Shown here: piece by piece, positions 39,396-53,802 of the stretch
Layout: every line of letters begins with the position of its first letter
How positions within the stretch are numbered: position 1 is the first letter of the stretch
Translations under genes and position numbers: made by a program
Notes under the pieces: generated by a model
What the model was told of the DNA's origin: nothing
Seen by the model: the letters and a program-made list of their open reading frames with translations, nothing else
Database searches by the model: none
From: the human T2T-CHM13v2.0 reference genome, Homo sapiens
Length of the DNA: 64,000 bases
Assembly (NCBI RefSeq): GCF_009914755.1
Contig: NC_060925.1
Direction: 5' to 3' (one strand)

Positions 39396-40138
39396 GAGGG
39401 CATAGGAGAAGAGGAAACACTCAGCAGGTAAGGGATTGGTCCATATGTGCAGTGACAAAGGCCTGCACTGGGATGTGGTCGAGAGAATGGAGAGGGATGC
39501 CTGGAGGGAAGAGGTATTAGAGGGAAGTAATGACCAGACTTATTGCCAGATCAGGGTGGGGTGGGTGTGTGTGTGTGGGTGACCAGCAGCCCAGAGAACA
39601 GGGGCCACAGAGGCCCCACATTGGCATCAGTGGGAGGGATAGCATGTCTCCAGTGGACATCAGGAACCTCTCAGCCAGATTTCTATGCAGGAAGTTCTTC
39701 ATCCAGTATTGTGAACTGCAAACTCAGGGCATCTGCAAAGCCCCAGACTACTCTCTGGACTTTGGGGATCTCTTTAAGGGAGCAGAGGGTAGAGAGCTCA
39801 GAGTAGACTTTCCAGGCTCAGGAATCCTGTGATTGGGACAGCACTGGGCATACTAAGTACTGAGTGAGAGGAGGCCAGGCTGCTGGCTCTCCTGTCCCTC
39901 AGAGAGCGTGAGCCACCCCCAGCCTAGGCTGAGAGGCCCCAAATGGGGTTAGAGAGAGAGAGAGCCCAGCCCCTGGGATTGGGACGATTGCTGGGAAGCA
40001 AGCAGGATGTTGGGGGGGAGGGAAAGGGAGATGAGGAGCGAGGGAAAGACCAGGCCTGTGGCTGCTTGAGTCTTCCTGTGGAGGTTATGAAACACCTGGA
40101 CCCTTTAACAGGGTGGAGCGGTGGCTCTCTCCACATAG

Positions 40139-40645
<507 letters not shown>

Positions 40646-41704
40646 CAGTGATGATTTTAGAAGTGGCTCCTGTCTTTGGGACAGCCCTATGCCAGGCCAG
40701 TTGCTTGGAGGTGTAGAGGGAGGCAAGCCTGCTATAGGAGAGGGGGGCTCTGTTAGTGGGGTGCAAACAGAGCATGTACATGCATGGAGTATCTGTGTCT
40801 GTGTCTCCCTATTTGGGAGATGCCTTGTAGCCCTACATATGCTTTGGGGGCCCCTTGCAGCAAGAAGCAGGCAAGCCCTTGCAGGGTCCTCACAGGGGAG
40901 ATTATTTGTAACCACACACAGCCCCTGGGACGTCTGGGGAAAAGCAGCTCTGTAGGCACATTCACACCAGATTTGTTGGACAAAGATGCCAGATATTTTG
41001 CTGTTTGATAAACTTCATAAAACAGTGGAGCTGAGTGGTTTTGCTGTTGTCTGAATGGAAGTATCCTAAGAAGCCATGCCAAGAAGATAAATAAAACTGT
41101 GGCTGCAGGAGAGGAGCTGAAACAAATGTGCAGCGAGAGGTACATCAAAGTAAAACTAGTTTTCTTGATGACTGGGTGCTCTGTGTGTGGGGAAGTGTGT
41201 GTGCATGTGTGTGCATGTGAACATGTGTGTGTGCACACATGTGTTTGTGTGTGTTGGGGCAAGTGTTTGGCAGATACTAGGCCACATCGAGGGGCCCGGA
41301 GATGTACCCTGGGCTGTTGCCAACCCTTCTGAAGGCAGCCCTCTACACACCAGGCCTGCCTGGGATTGAGCTAGGATTAGGCCCAGCTACGCTTAGCATA
41401 AAAGAAAACCAGCATTAGCCACTGTTGGAGGATTCGGGCGCTGTAGTCAGCCAGCTGAAGGAGGAGTTCAAATTGGAATATCTTTCCTGAGAGGTCAGGA
41501 ATCCCTCAGTGGGCAGGGTGACCAGTCTCTGTGGGCCAGCTGAAAGATTTATTCTGCATTGATGACAGGGGGTACAAGCTTGGGTGTAAAAACATCGGCC
41601 TCTCGTATTTGGCTGTAAACACTCTAGGGTGTGCAGGGGAAATATAGGAGTATGGGATAGAACAGAATGTTGGTTCTGGATGGGAGCTTAAACATCATCG
41701 AGTC

Positions 41705-42204
<500 letters not shown>

Positions 42205-44019
42205 ATCTAGTTTGCCATCTTCACTTAGAAATGAGGGAACAGAGGCCTAGAGAGGGAACTTTTGCCAAGAGCACACAGCTAGTTAGGATACAGCCACTCT
42301 CCCCCTCACCCATATGGTCTCAGCTATTTATTTTGCAAATAACTTGGGGGGATTTTAATACATTTTTTCTTAGAGGCAATTGTTGTGTGGTTTATATATT
42401 TTCCATTTGTTAATAAGCTACTTAGATCAGTAGTGTCGCTGGGACCCAAACTATGGAATTATTTTCCATTAAAGTTCAGGCTCTTGGAAGTGGACTTGGT
42501 AGCTACATGGTCCCTTTCCAGTCTGGCCCCAAGCTCAGGTGGACAAGTCACACTCCCCTGGCTGCTCCCCAAGACACTGGCACCATCTTCCCCTGTCTGT
42601 CCCCAGATGCCCTCCCTGTAATGACACCACCAGCACCATAGTCTTGCTCTGTGCAGATGTTTTGGTCAATAATCCCTCCCTTAATTTACCAGGCCAAGTG
42701 AGGGTGGATGTGGCAAGAATAGTTTCGCCCACTGGCCTTTGCTGCCTTCCTGGGAAGATCTGCCTCTTCTTCCGGCTCTCACAGTGGGCCCAGCATGTTT
42801 CCAATATTGCATCAGTCTTTTCCCCAACAGAGTAACGCTTTAATGGGGCAAATTTGTTCTCTGCACGGGAAACATGTGGGCCCTTGTCAGGTGCTGCATC
42901 AGAGTGAGTTGCCCTCCACCAGCTTCCTAGATCTGGCCGTGTGAGGAGGCAGAAGGAGCCCTCTGAGACTTTGGGGTGAGTAACTCTTCTAAAAGAGCAG
43001 AACCATAATAGACTGTGTTTACATCAGCTCCGATTCCTGGGAAATTCATACAAAAGTTGTGTTGTGGTCTGAATTTTCTAGCAAACAGAGAAGGAAGCAG
43101 TTTGTCCAGTGTCACTAGACCTTACTGAAGGATTTTACATGCAGTGGGAAGGAAGAAACCCACTCCCTTCATCCTCCAAAAACCGGGATGGAGATGGTTA
43201 GCAAGGGGGTGTGGGAGGCAGCCCAGGGTAGGACAGAGTGTCCAGTCCCTCTTGTCAGTGAGAGCCTTCCTTGACCCCAAACCTTAAGAAATCAAATCCC
43301 CACTCTCCTGGGAACTTGGTTTTCTCTTCCGGAGCCCAGATTCGTTCCTGAGCCCCGAAATGCTGAAGCCAGCATTCCTCACCTCCAGGGAGCTGTGACA
43401 TCCTGGGATGGTTTGTTTGATTCACCAACATCCTCTCTGCTTCCCCTGACCAATCAGGGGTCTATAACTTGCAGTTAAATAATTAAAGTCAATTAAAGTT
43501 TATTTCATTTTGAGCATTTCCCAAAGCCCTAGAGTAAATTGGAGTCTCCCTGGAGTATTGCAAAGCCGGGTTTGGAAATCTCAGATGAAGAGAATGTTGG
43601 GCAATGGATGATGGAGAAAAAGGAGAAACAAAGAGAAAGAGGTGAGGGAAAGAGCTTTCAGTTTCACTGGGTCTCCGCTTGGGGAGGATCTGGCTGGTTT
43701 AATGGTGATTCGATGCAAAAACCGTTGATTCCATTCTGATGTACTCAAGAACAGAGATGGCTGGAGACAGAGACAAGGAGAGTCAGAAAGCGACAGAAAG
43801 TAAGTCTCTCCGGGCCTCTCCACCCAGCCAATGACAGTATCACTTCAGGAAGAGACACTCCCTGTTCCCCAACTTCGGTTCCCCCTCCGCCAAAACCGTA
43901 TGATATTTTAGGGAAGCCCCTCTTTATTCATTAGAAATCGGCTGCTTTGAGTTTGGCCCCTAAAAACTTGCCTCCTGCCCCGGAAGATTTATTTTATTAA
44001 ATGGTCCACACCTGAAAGT

Positions 44020-45100
44020 AATTGAGTCTCGGCGTGGGTGCGGGGACTGCGGAGGGAGGGTCCAGGCGCGGCAGCGGCAGTGGCGGCGGCTCTCAGCTCC
44101 TCTCCAGCTTCGCACCCTGTGCCTCCGGGCGCCCTAGTCTCCCCGCCACGCCGCGACCTTTCCTCGGCCTCCCGCTCCCGCTTTGCGGAAAGGTCCGGGG
44201 CGCGTGTAGGGGAAGGAGAGAGAGGTATGTGGGGCGAGCGGGAGTTGAGCGTGGATGTGGGGAAGGGGGTGCGTCCTGCGTCGCCCCCGCACCCTCGCGT
44301 GGCCGGGCGCAGATCCCCGTGCACGGGTCCTCCGCACACCCTTGCCAGCCCGCAGGGATTGTTCGCCGCGTTGGTGACTCCTTCCCAAAATGGGAATAAA
44401 AGATCGAAATAGCTAGTAAGCATGCAAAGTTTATTGTCAACCTCAAGTCTCTATAAAACCAGATCAAAGGGAACAGGCGTTTGGTTTCTTCCCAGATCGC
44501 TGGGGGGCCTCGGGGCTCAGGAAGCCCCAGGAGTCCAGCCCGCTGCCGCTCACTGCGCTCTTCTCTCCAGCCGGGTCCAAGGGCTCGAGCATCGCAACCT
44601 GCGGCCTGAGTTGGCCCCGGGCGCACGCGAGGGAAATGGATGCAGTGCCCGTGAACTTGGGGCCTGAATAATTGATAACAACCCGCTGGGTGCCCGTCGC
44701 GCGGCCAGGCCTGCGGGGAGCGGAGCCGGAGGCAGCAAGCAAAGGAAACGCACGAGCCGGGAGCGCGGGCGCGCGGGGCCACGAAAGACCGACCGACTGT
44801 CCGACGGGCGGTGGGACAAGAGGACGGATGCTGTGGGGGGGCCCCGGAACCCGCCGCCACAACTCGCGGCCCACGCGGGTCGCAGCCGCCAGCCGTAGGG
44901 AGCTGCCGAGCAGCGACGTTCCGCATTCCATCGGGTTCCCGCGCCCTACTGGGCTTGTGCGGCGCAGTGCCTGCGTGTGCTTTCGTTTTCTCAAGGCCAT
45001 TCTGATAAAACATACGTGCTGGTTCCCTTTCTTTTCTCAGAATGATTCTTCAAGGCGAATGACTCGAAATGGAGATTTCTTCTAACACCGCGTGATCACC
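44020..45100. promoter_or_regulatory. Orphan CpG island ~13 kb upstream of ALX3
   Basis: Dense CpG/GC block with no credible coding exon. Confidence 0.85.
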
Positions 45101-46769
45101 GACAACTTTTGCAGGACGGGATGAAACTCCTCTGGGTTTCCAGTCAGATGTGCGAGTGGGCTCTCTTTAAATTATAAACCTGCAGTCTAACAGAGCCTTC
45201 AAGGTTATGGCCATGAGAAATGTGAGTGGAGATAAAACCTCACATCTTGAGGATTAACAAGGAGAATTTTTTAGTAGCAAAATTATATTCTCTTTCATCC
45301 CACATAAAAAAGAGTTGTAAGTTGTGGACGTTTTCTGCGTGTTATCAGTTTTATGTCCTGTAGAATTCCACCCCTCCAGACAAATTTCCATGCCTGCAGA
45401 GCCTGCTCATGGGTAAGACCACATGTCTATTTTCTGTGCCTGCATGTGCTGGCACAGTTATAACGAGGCACTGGACAGTTCTTGGTGATGGACCTTGGGA
45501 GAAGGGTCCCTAGATGGGTGGACATAGAGGGTCATTCATGTTTGGACACCTGGGAAAAATACCCAGGACTCCTATTGGTAAATAAACCAGCTGAAGAGGA
45601 CCTTCACCACTTCCACAGTCTGAAGTTGCAGGAAATTCACAAGCAGAAAAAGGGCAGAAAAGTTAGAGGCCAAGGAAAGAAGATTCTTGCTGAGAGAGAA
45701 AGAATACAAAATATAAAGACAGACACAATGCTGAAATACACAAAAGGGATGGAAATTCACAAAATAAAAGATTCTGAGAGGGAAACAGTACAGAGAAAAA
45801 GGACAGAAAGAGATGGAATACTGTTAGAAAAAGAGAGAGGACGGGAGAAGAGACAAATGGAAGGAGAAAGAGTAGGTACAAAAAGATGTGGGAGAAGAAA
45901 AGCATCAAGAGAGACGAAGAGATAAAGAACCCCAGCCCAGACTAGGGGGAGGGAGGAAAGTATAGAAGCCTTGGAAACTGGGAGCCTCCCCACGACCAGG
46001 CACCTCCCCAGGGCCTTGCTTCTCAGGTTTCCCCAGTGCAAGGAAAATCCAGGGAAGCCTTTGTGGGCGCCGTTTGTTTGCTCCAGACCTGGATCTGATG
46101 ATGCTGTTGATTTGGTTTTTAAACAGTGGGTTTGCAGCCTTCTGGGCTGGGGCAGGGGTCTGCTAGCCATACTTAAACCTGAAGATTGGATTGAATTTCG
46201 GCCACTTTGATGGTCCTGTAATCGTCTCCCAGTTTTCTAATTTCCAGTCCCCTCCACCCGGCTGGGGGTTGGAAGGGGACTTTAAAAACGCCTTTGATAA
46301 CGTCTCACAGTTACATATTTCTATAACAATTTTCTCTACCAGATTGTTATGTTTGATGTAGCCCCAGATGTTCTGGGGGAGAAAAAGGGAACCAGTTCCC
46401 TCTGTCCCAGCCTGCCAGGCACGGGAAACAGGCGTGGGGAGGCAAACTCAAGTGCTGCAGGACGAGACCCTCCTCCAGCATTCGTCTCTCCTGCCACCCC
46501 TACTGCCAGCTCTTCCTCAGCCACACTTTGACTCTTTCACAGGGCCAGAGACCCATCCTGTGCATGCAGCTGTGGTACCACTGGAGCCCTAGATGTCTCT
46601 TTTCACCAAATCTTCCTTTTCCTGGATCCCCTTCTATTCTTTCTGCATGGTGACAGTTTGCAGTATATAAACTTCATGCTAATGTCATAGTAGGTCAAAT
46701 TGGTTCCAGCTGCTCTCCTGGAGACACAGCGGCGTCCTAAGGAGCACCAGAAGACCTTTCTTTCTTCCT

Positions 46770-47080
46770 CAAACATTTATGGAACGTTACTATGGGAAGG
46801 CACTGAGATGGATGCCAAAGTCAGTTAAACATCTCCCACCCTGGAGCTGTGCAGTGTCTACACCACTGGGGAAATGAGACATGTATGTCAGGAACTTAGG
46901 CAGAAGCCTGAGTGAGTGTGAAGGATGCAGGAGAGAGAGAGATAAACAAGTGGCTACAGCGTTCAAGGGCAATGAGATGACTCTGGCTGGAGACATCTGA
47001 GAAAGCTGTGTGGAGGAAGTAGTGTTTGCTCTGGGTCCTGAAGGACATGCAGGGTTAGGCTGCATGGTGATGGGGAATGT
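46770..47080 (-). mobile_element. L2 remnant
   Basis: aaacatttatggaacgttactatg...aggcactg pattern. Confidence 0.55.
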
Positions 47081-47510
47081 TAGACACTGTGGTAGGCTGA
47101 TGGGGAGGATATCCTGAGGCAGAGACACTTTCTAGTGCCCCCTCCCCAAACCTGACCTGAGTGGTGGTTGGAACAAGTTCATCTCCTTCAGTACATTTCA
47201 CCCAACATTTGTTGAAATGAGTAACCAAACTGGGCACGTGTTGGTCACTGGGCATAGGAATGGAGGAAACAGATTCCTGCCTTCCTGGCTCCTGATGGTG
47301 TAGATCGCATTCCACAAATCTGCCAGGGGCTAGTCAGGGCTGCTGGGGCAGTGGACGGGGAGGCCAAGTAGACAGTGGGCAGGCCCCACCTCCACTTCAG
47401 CCAGACCAGTTTCACTTTTTCATTTTTCATGTACTGGGTTTCCATGAGGAGTTTCCTTTGGACGAAAAGGGTGGTTTTGTGGCAGAGAGAGAGTGAAAGA
47501 AGGAAAAGCC

Positions 47511-47974
47511 CTGGTTCACAGGCACCTGTGCAGTATGAAAACTAAGTGAATAATCTCTGGTTCACAGGCACCTGTGCAGTATGAAAACTAAGTGAATAAT
47601 CTCTGGTTCACAGGCACCTGTGCAGTATGAAAACTAAGTGAATAATCCCTGGTTCACAGGCACCTGTGCATTATGAAAACTAAGTGAATAATCCCTGGTT
47701 CACAGGCACCTGTGCACTATGAAAACTAAATGAATAATCTCTGGTTCACAGGGGCCTGTGCATTATGAAAACTAAGTGAATAATCCCTGCTTCACGGGCG
47801 CCTGTGCACTATGAAAACTACCTAAGTGAATAATCACTGGTTCACGGGCACCTGTGCATTATGAAAACTAAGTGAATAATGCCTGGTTCACAGGCACCTG
47901 TGCACTATGAAAGCTAAGTGAATAATGCCTGGTTCACAGGCGCCTGTGCACTATGAAAACTACCTAAGTGAATA
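47511..47974. repeat. VNTR/minisatellite: 10 copies of a 46-bp unit (two copies carry a 4-bp insertion)
   Basis: Units start at 47511, 47557, 47603, 47649, 47695, 47741, 47787, 47837, 47883, 47929; consensus ctggttcacaggcacctgtgcaNtatgaaaactaagtgaataatcY. Confidence 0.97.
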
Positions 47975-49198
47975 CTTAACGAAAGATTGAGAGCCTGTCA
48001 GTAACCAAAGACTATGATTAAGCCATAATCCAATTCTGGACACCTGAGTTTCCATTTACCCCTCCCGCCCTCCACCACGTCCCCCTACCCTGTCCCAGGG
48101 TGTCTTCTGTGCCTTTCCTGTGTGTCTGTGGCCTGTGGATAGAGAGTGTACCGGATCGCATGCTACCCTTTTCTCTGGCATGGTCTTCCCGAGTCCTGCT
48201 CTTTTCTCCCACGCCCCAGCTGGTTGGGAGTGGCTGGGTTCCAGCTATTCCCAGAACACTCAGGAATCCCATCCTAATGATATCTCAAAGCCAGACCCCA
48301 AAGACGGGCGTCCACTGGGCTGAGCTCATACTCCCTCTTCTGTAATATCCCATGAGTTGCAATATGATAAAACGCCACCAGGGTGCAGGACAGAAACATG
48401 GGGCTCTGCTGTCTGAGGGCCAGGCTTATTTTCCACATAAAGGGTGGAGAGCTTACTGTAAGCACTGCCCTGTGGCCCCCACCTGCAAGAAGCTTATGGT
48501 CCCTCAGTGGCTTCAATGATACAATCCCCTACTCCTTAACTGGGGAGAGGAGTCTGTTGGAGTTGTAGCTGGAACCCCAAGTCTCTTCCAGCACTGCTCC
48601 ACTTCCTTGCCCCCACAGCACGTCTCTGTGTGTTTCACCTACTTAGCTTCTGCCCAGGGTCCCCACTGGCTTCTCCACTGGCAAGGACCGAGGCCGAAGG
48701 AGCCTAGGCTTGGCTCTGCCTCCGCAAGAAGCCCCCAGGCACACATGAGGCATATTGACTCTTGTGGCTTCTCTTCATGTGGGACCTCTGAGGGAACAGG
48801 ATGCTGGAGCCCAAGGCCAAGGCCTCTCTGCTCAGGGAAGACAAACCAGCTCCTGTCCCACTCCTCCATCCTGGGGACCCCCACCCCCACGCTAGACTGG
48901 GGTCTGCCCACAGGCCTGCCTACTTTCCCCAGCTGAGGAGAGGACAGGTCAGCCCCACTGTGCTGGGGCAGGGAGAATGCTGCTTGACAATGAGGCGTGC
49001 CCTGCGCATATGGGTGGGTGCTGGCAGTGGTGGCGGGAGGCTGCGAGCATTGACAGGTGACCGAGGGACCCCCATCTCCAGCTGGCCCTCAACACCTTAG
49101 CTCCTCAACCAAAAGACATGTATTAAGCACCTCCCTGCACAGGGCCCTATGCAAGGCACCATGGCAGGTGGGACAGTGATTTAGACACCATCCCCACG

Positions 49199-50534
49199 TG
49201 TGTCTGTGGACCCCACACGGGTGCTCTCATCTGACTCTGGCAGGCAGTTCTGTGTGTGGACCACCTAAGACTGTTGAGGGAGGGCTCCCTAGAAACATGC
49301 CCCGGGGGATGGGCTGGTGGGGCAGGCAGCAGGGGAGTAAGTGTCCCTTGTGGCTTTGAAGGAAGCATAATCTCCAAGCTCTGGGATAGCAGAGAGCATG
49401 CCTGTCGTTTCACTGCTGAATTCCCAGAGCCTGGCAGCAGGCCTGACACACAGTAGGCATTTTGTTAATGTTTGCTGAATGAATAACTAAGGGGGAGAAG
49501 TAAGAAGGCATTGAGACAAGGTGGTGGTTGAGCCTGGGACTCTGGAGGGGGTGCAGGTGGCTGGGTTCTGACAGTCCCCTAGCCAGGGCTGCTTCCTGGG
49601 TGACCAACCATCCCAGTATTTAATGGGAACTTCTGTGTCCTGGGAGGCTTCTCAGTCTGGGGCAAGCCTGGGTGGCTGGTCACCCTGCTGCTCCTCCCCT
49701 TGGGAATGGGCCATACAGTCAGTGCTCCCAGCCCTTTCCCTCCCTGGCCCTTCCTCCACACCCCCTTTCTCTTTCTTCCCTGCCCAGCGGGGTCTCCTCT
49801 CAGGAGACCTAGCCTAGCCTTGCCCCAGCCACAACCCCCCAGCCTGACCTCCGGGGCTGCCACTTCCCTTTCACTCGGCTACTCCTGATAAGGAGACTGG
49901 AAACAGGTTTGCCCTTTCACCTCTGCATATCTCTCCTCCAGCCTGCGGGTCCTCACATCCTGGGTCATATCCTGCGGGGGCCTGTGCACCACTGCATCAA
50001 CCCCTGCTCACTTGCAGGCTACCAGCCCGAAGCTTTAGGTGGGAGAGGAGTGTGGGATGAGGGGCAGCAAGGCCATAGCCCTTGGGAGATGGGCCTCTCC
50101 TGTCTTGGCTGAGGACAGTCCAGGGGCCTGCTCCCAGGGCACAAAAGCTGGCTGGATAGGAGGGCTGAGCTGACTGATCCCTCCCTGGGATTTTGACTGA
50201 CATTCTTGATGGAATTGACCGGATGTTTCTCCTTCACAAGAGACACAGCCTTAGGCAGGACAGCTGTGCCTTCCTCAGCCCAGCTGCAGCTGGAGGTGCT
50301 GAGAACCCAGAACCCACACTTCCTACTTTTGGTATAACATTGCTGGGCCAAAAGGTCTCCTGAGAAGGGCTGTGGGGGCTTCCACAGGGTCCTGGAGAGG
50401 CCGCAGGAGTCGCATCTGATTATCTCCTGACCTCATTCCTCCGGAGCTTTTGTCTCTGCTTGTGTCTGTGGACCCCACACGGGTGCACTCATCTGACTCT
50501 GGCAGGCAATTCTGTGTGTGGACCACCTAAGACT
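49199..50534 (+). repeat. 74-bp dispersed direct repeat (49199-49272 and 50461-50534), 72/74 identical
   Basis: Direct alignment by eye. Confidence 0.93.
49597..49687. mobile_element. MER81-like hAT-Blackjack MITE (internally deleted)
   Basis: TIRs gggtgacca...tggtcaccc, imperfect 8-bp TSD ctgcttcc/ctgctcct. Confidence 0.7.
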
Positions 50535-50960
50535 CAGAGACCCCTCAGGGTCGGCCCTAGGCCAGGCACTGAAACGTGCCAAAACCCACTCATTTTTGCA
50601 GAGTGCACCATCTGGGAACACTGCTGTCCAGAACTTCTACTCCCGTCAGAATGTGATCAGTTGCAGCTATTCTTTAAAAGAGTAATCAGTAATCTTTGCT
50701 GATTCAGAAGTCATTTCATGGATTTGCAGCATTTAGAGGGATACCATTGCTAACAACATCAATTTTGTGGCCTTGAGATGGTAAGAATTATCAGAGAACT
50801 TTTCCCTTTGGTGAAATCCCTGCACGGCAAATCCCAAAGTGGCCTGGAAGAGGGCAAGTTATCCACCTGCAGCCTGCAGGGAGCTGTGAAGGGAAGGGGG
50901 ATGTTCCATCCTTGGTCTTAGGGTGGCTTGAGTGATTATGAGATTTGTATATGAATATGA

Positions 50961-51362
<402 letters not shown>

Positions 51363-52199
51363 TAGTGACTTGAGTAATTTTCATGATTTTTGCCACATCT
51401 GAGTGTCACTTGTATCATTAACATTTTTCTTTAACTCATGCACAGACACACACACACACACACATCTTTTTAAAGGAAAATTTACATCCTTACTATAAAT
51501 GGAACACCAGTAGTTATTAACAGTCATTATTAACAGAGTAGCTATAAAAATACATGAAACATAGTAATGTTATATTGTAGCTAGAGATGCCTGTGGAAGC
51601 CTTTTAGTCTCAGGTTTGCTTTCTTAAACAGGAATGTTACCAAGTGTTAGAGGGACGTTAACCTCTTCCCTACCCATGTGCCATATCTTTGGTGACCAGA
51701 TGTAGCTATCATTTAAAGGGCACATTATAATCAGACAGGAAAGAGGACGGGAGAAGAATGATTTTCTCACTCTGTGTTTAGGGTGCCAGCTAAGATTATC
51801 TCAAGTTCTGCCCAGGGTTACTGAGGGGTTCCCTGGGCCTCTCCACAAGGAATTTTTCCCTGGCCACTGACCTAAAGTGTCCCTCTCAGCTCATTCCTGA
51901 CTGTCCTTTCTCCAGAGCACCCTGCCATCAGACATCTGCTCACTGCAGCCACATTCTGCAACCCATAAGGGGAAAACGAATGGAGTTGCTGGAGATAGGG
52001 GGTGCTGATGTTGCCCAGAATATTCCATCTTTAATGAGGCAACCCTAGAAGGATTGTTTCCACATTCCTCAGTGGAGCTGCAGAGAATTTTCCCAAATGA
52101 CTGTGCGACAACCCCAAGCATGAGAACATGCAGGGAATTCAAGCAACGCTTCCTCTGTGGACAGTTGTTAAATGATTTTCTCAGTTCCACATGCTCCCC

Positions 52200-52880
52200 T
52201 GCCTTCTAGGCTTGAGTGTCCAGCTGTCCATTGGTCCTTCCCATTTGCAGGCCTAGTGGGCATCTCAAACTTAACCTGTTCAAACAAAGCAGCAACTTTG
52301 ATTTCCCCCACAAACCAGCTGCTCTCTCAGGTCACTTCTCAGTTAAAGGCACTGCCAGTTTCCAGATGCTCAGGCCCAAAAGCTTACATGTCCCTTTTCT
52401 TGTCCCCACACTCCATATCCAATTCAATCATCTGTCCTGTTGGCTCCACCTTCCCAGAATATCCAGAATCCACTGACCTCTGCTGCCCTCCTGGTCCAGT
52501 CCATGTCTCCACCATCTCTTGCTTGGACTACCCCAAATTCCTCCTAGCTGGTTTCCCTGCTCCTCCCCATTTGCCACACACCAAAGCCAGAGTGATCTTT
52601 TGAAGACTTAAATGTGATTGTATCACCACTTGGCTCAAAATCCCCCAGTGGCTTCTCATGACACTCAGAACAAAATCCAGTCTCCTTACATGCTATGACT
52701 CTTGCCTGCTTTTCCTTCCTCACCTCACAACCTCTGTCCTGGCTCAGCACATGCCAGTCAGTCTGAGCCAGCCAGGCTGGCTGCTTTCTGCAGCTCTGAC
52801 ACTCCGTCCCACCTCAGGGACTTTGTCCTGCTGTTCTCTCTGCCTGGACCACTCTCCCCTGATCCTCACATGGCTCTGCC
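52200..52880 (+). mobile_element. L2 LINE fragment
   Basis: gcatctcaaacttaac...cagccagagtgatcttt...ctcaaaatcccccagtggct typical of L2. Confidence 0.8.
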
Positions 52881-52904
52881 CATCAGCTACACTTGGTTGG
52901 AATA

Positions 52905-53160
52905 TGAATAATAATGGTGAACCACTTACTGGTAACTACTGCATGCCAAACATTATTTGATGGTTTTCACATGTGTTAACTCATTTGCTCCTCACAAGAA
53001 CTCTTTCAAGTAAGTACAATTATTATCCTCATTTTGGAGATGAAGAAACTGAGGCACAGAGAGGTTAAGTAACTTATTCAAAGTTGCACAAATACTAAGA
53101 GGTAGAGCTAGAATTTGCATCCATGACATATGGCTCCTGGGTCCATGAGCTTAATGTCTG
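52905..53160 (-). mobile_element. MIR
   Basis: cattttggagatgaagaaactgaggcacagagaggttaagtaactt. Confidence 0.85.
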
Positions 53161-53513
53161 ACTTCTGCCTCTAGTTACTTTTTCATTGAGATGCATCTTA
53201 TGCAAGCAAAGTGCACTGATGCCAACTGCGCAGCTCAGCAAATATCTGCATGTGTTACATCTGTGTATCCACCTCCCAGATCTGGAGCCAGAACTTGGCC
53301 AATGTGCCCCAGGCTGCCTCCTATCACTTCAGTCAGTTCCCTTGAAAGTAACTCCTAGTCTAACCCCTGTCACTATTGACCGACATTGGGAAAGACTGTC
53401 TTTTATCTAATCCTGTTTGTTTTCTTAAAAAGTGCTGAAGTACCTTAATTTTTTTGTTCTTTAATGCTTCTGCTTGATTCAATGAAAAGAAAATTAAAAT
53501 ATTTCATGGACTC

Positions 53514-53802
53514 GGCTGGGCGCAATGGCTCATGCCTGTTATCCCAGCACTTTGGGAGGCTGAGGCAGGCAGGTCACTTGAGCTCAGGAGTTCAAGACGA
53601 GCCTGGCCAACATAGTATTGCAACTGTCTCAACAATTTTTTTTTTAATCAGTATAGTGACACATGCCTATAGTCCCAGCTACTTAGGAGGCTGAGATGGA
53701 AAGATGGCTTGAGCCCAGAAGCTTAAGGCTGCAGGGAGCCGTGATCACCACTGCACTCTAGCCTGGGTGACAGAGTAAAATCCTGTCTCAAAAAAAAAAA
53801 AA
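53514..53802 (+). mobile_element. AluJ element
   Basis: Dimeric Alu with J-type gagcccag..aggctgcag. Confidence 0.88.

Noticed and set aside
44093-45013. 306-aa - strand ORF in the orphan CpG island
   Set aside because: Same CpG-island artefact; overlapping ORFs occur in several frames and no homology is recognisable.
45482-45925. 147-aa Lys/Glu/Arg-rich ORF
   Set aside because: Product of a purine-rich low-complexity tract with a non-ATG start.
47511-47974. CRISPR-like array (regular palindromic repeats)
   Set aside because: Units are contiguous with no unique spacers, the context is human genomic DNA, and there are no cas genes; it is a minisatellite.
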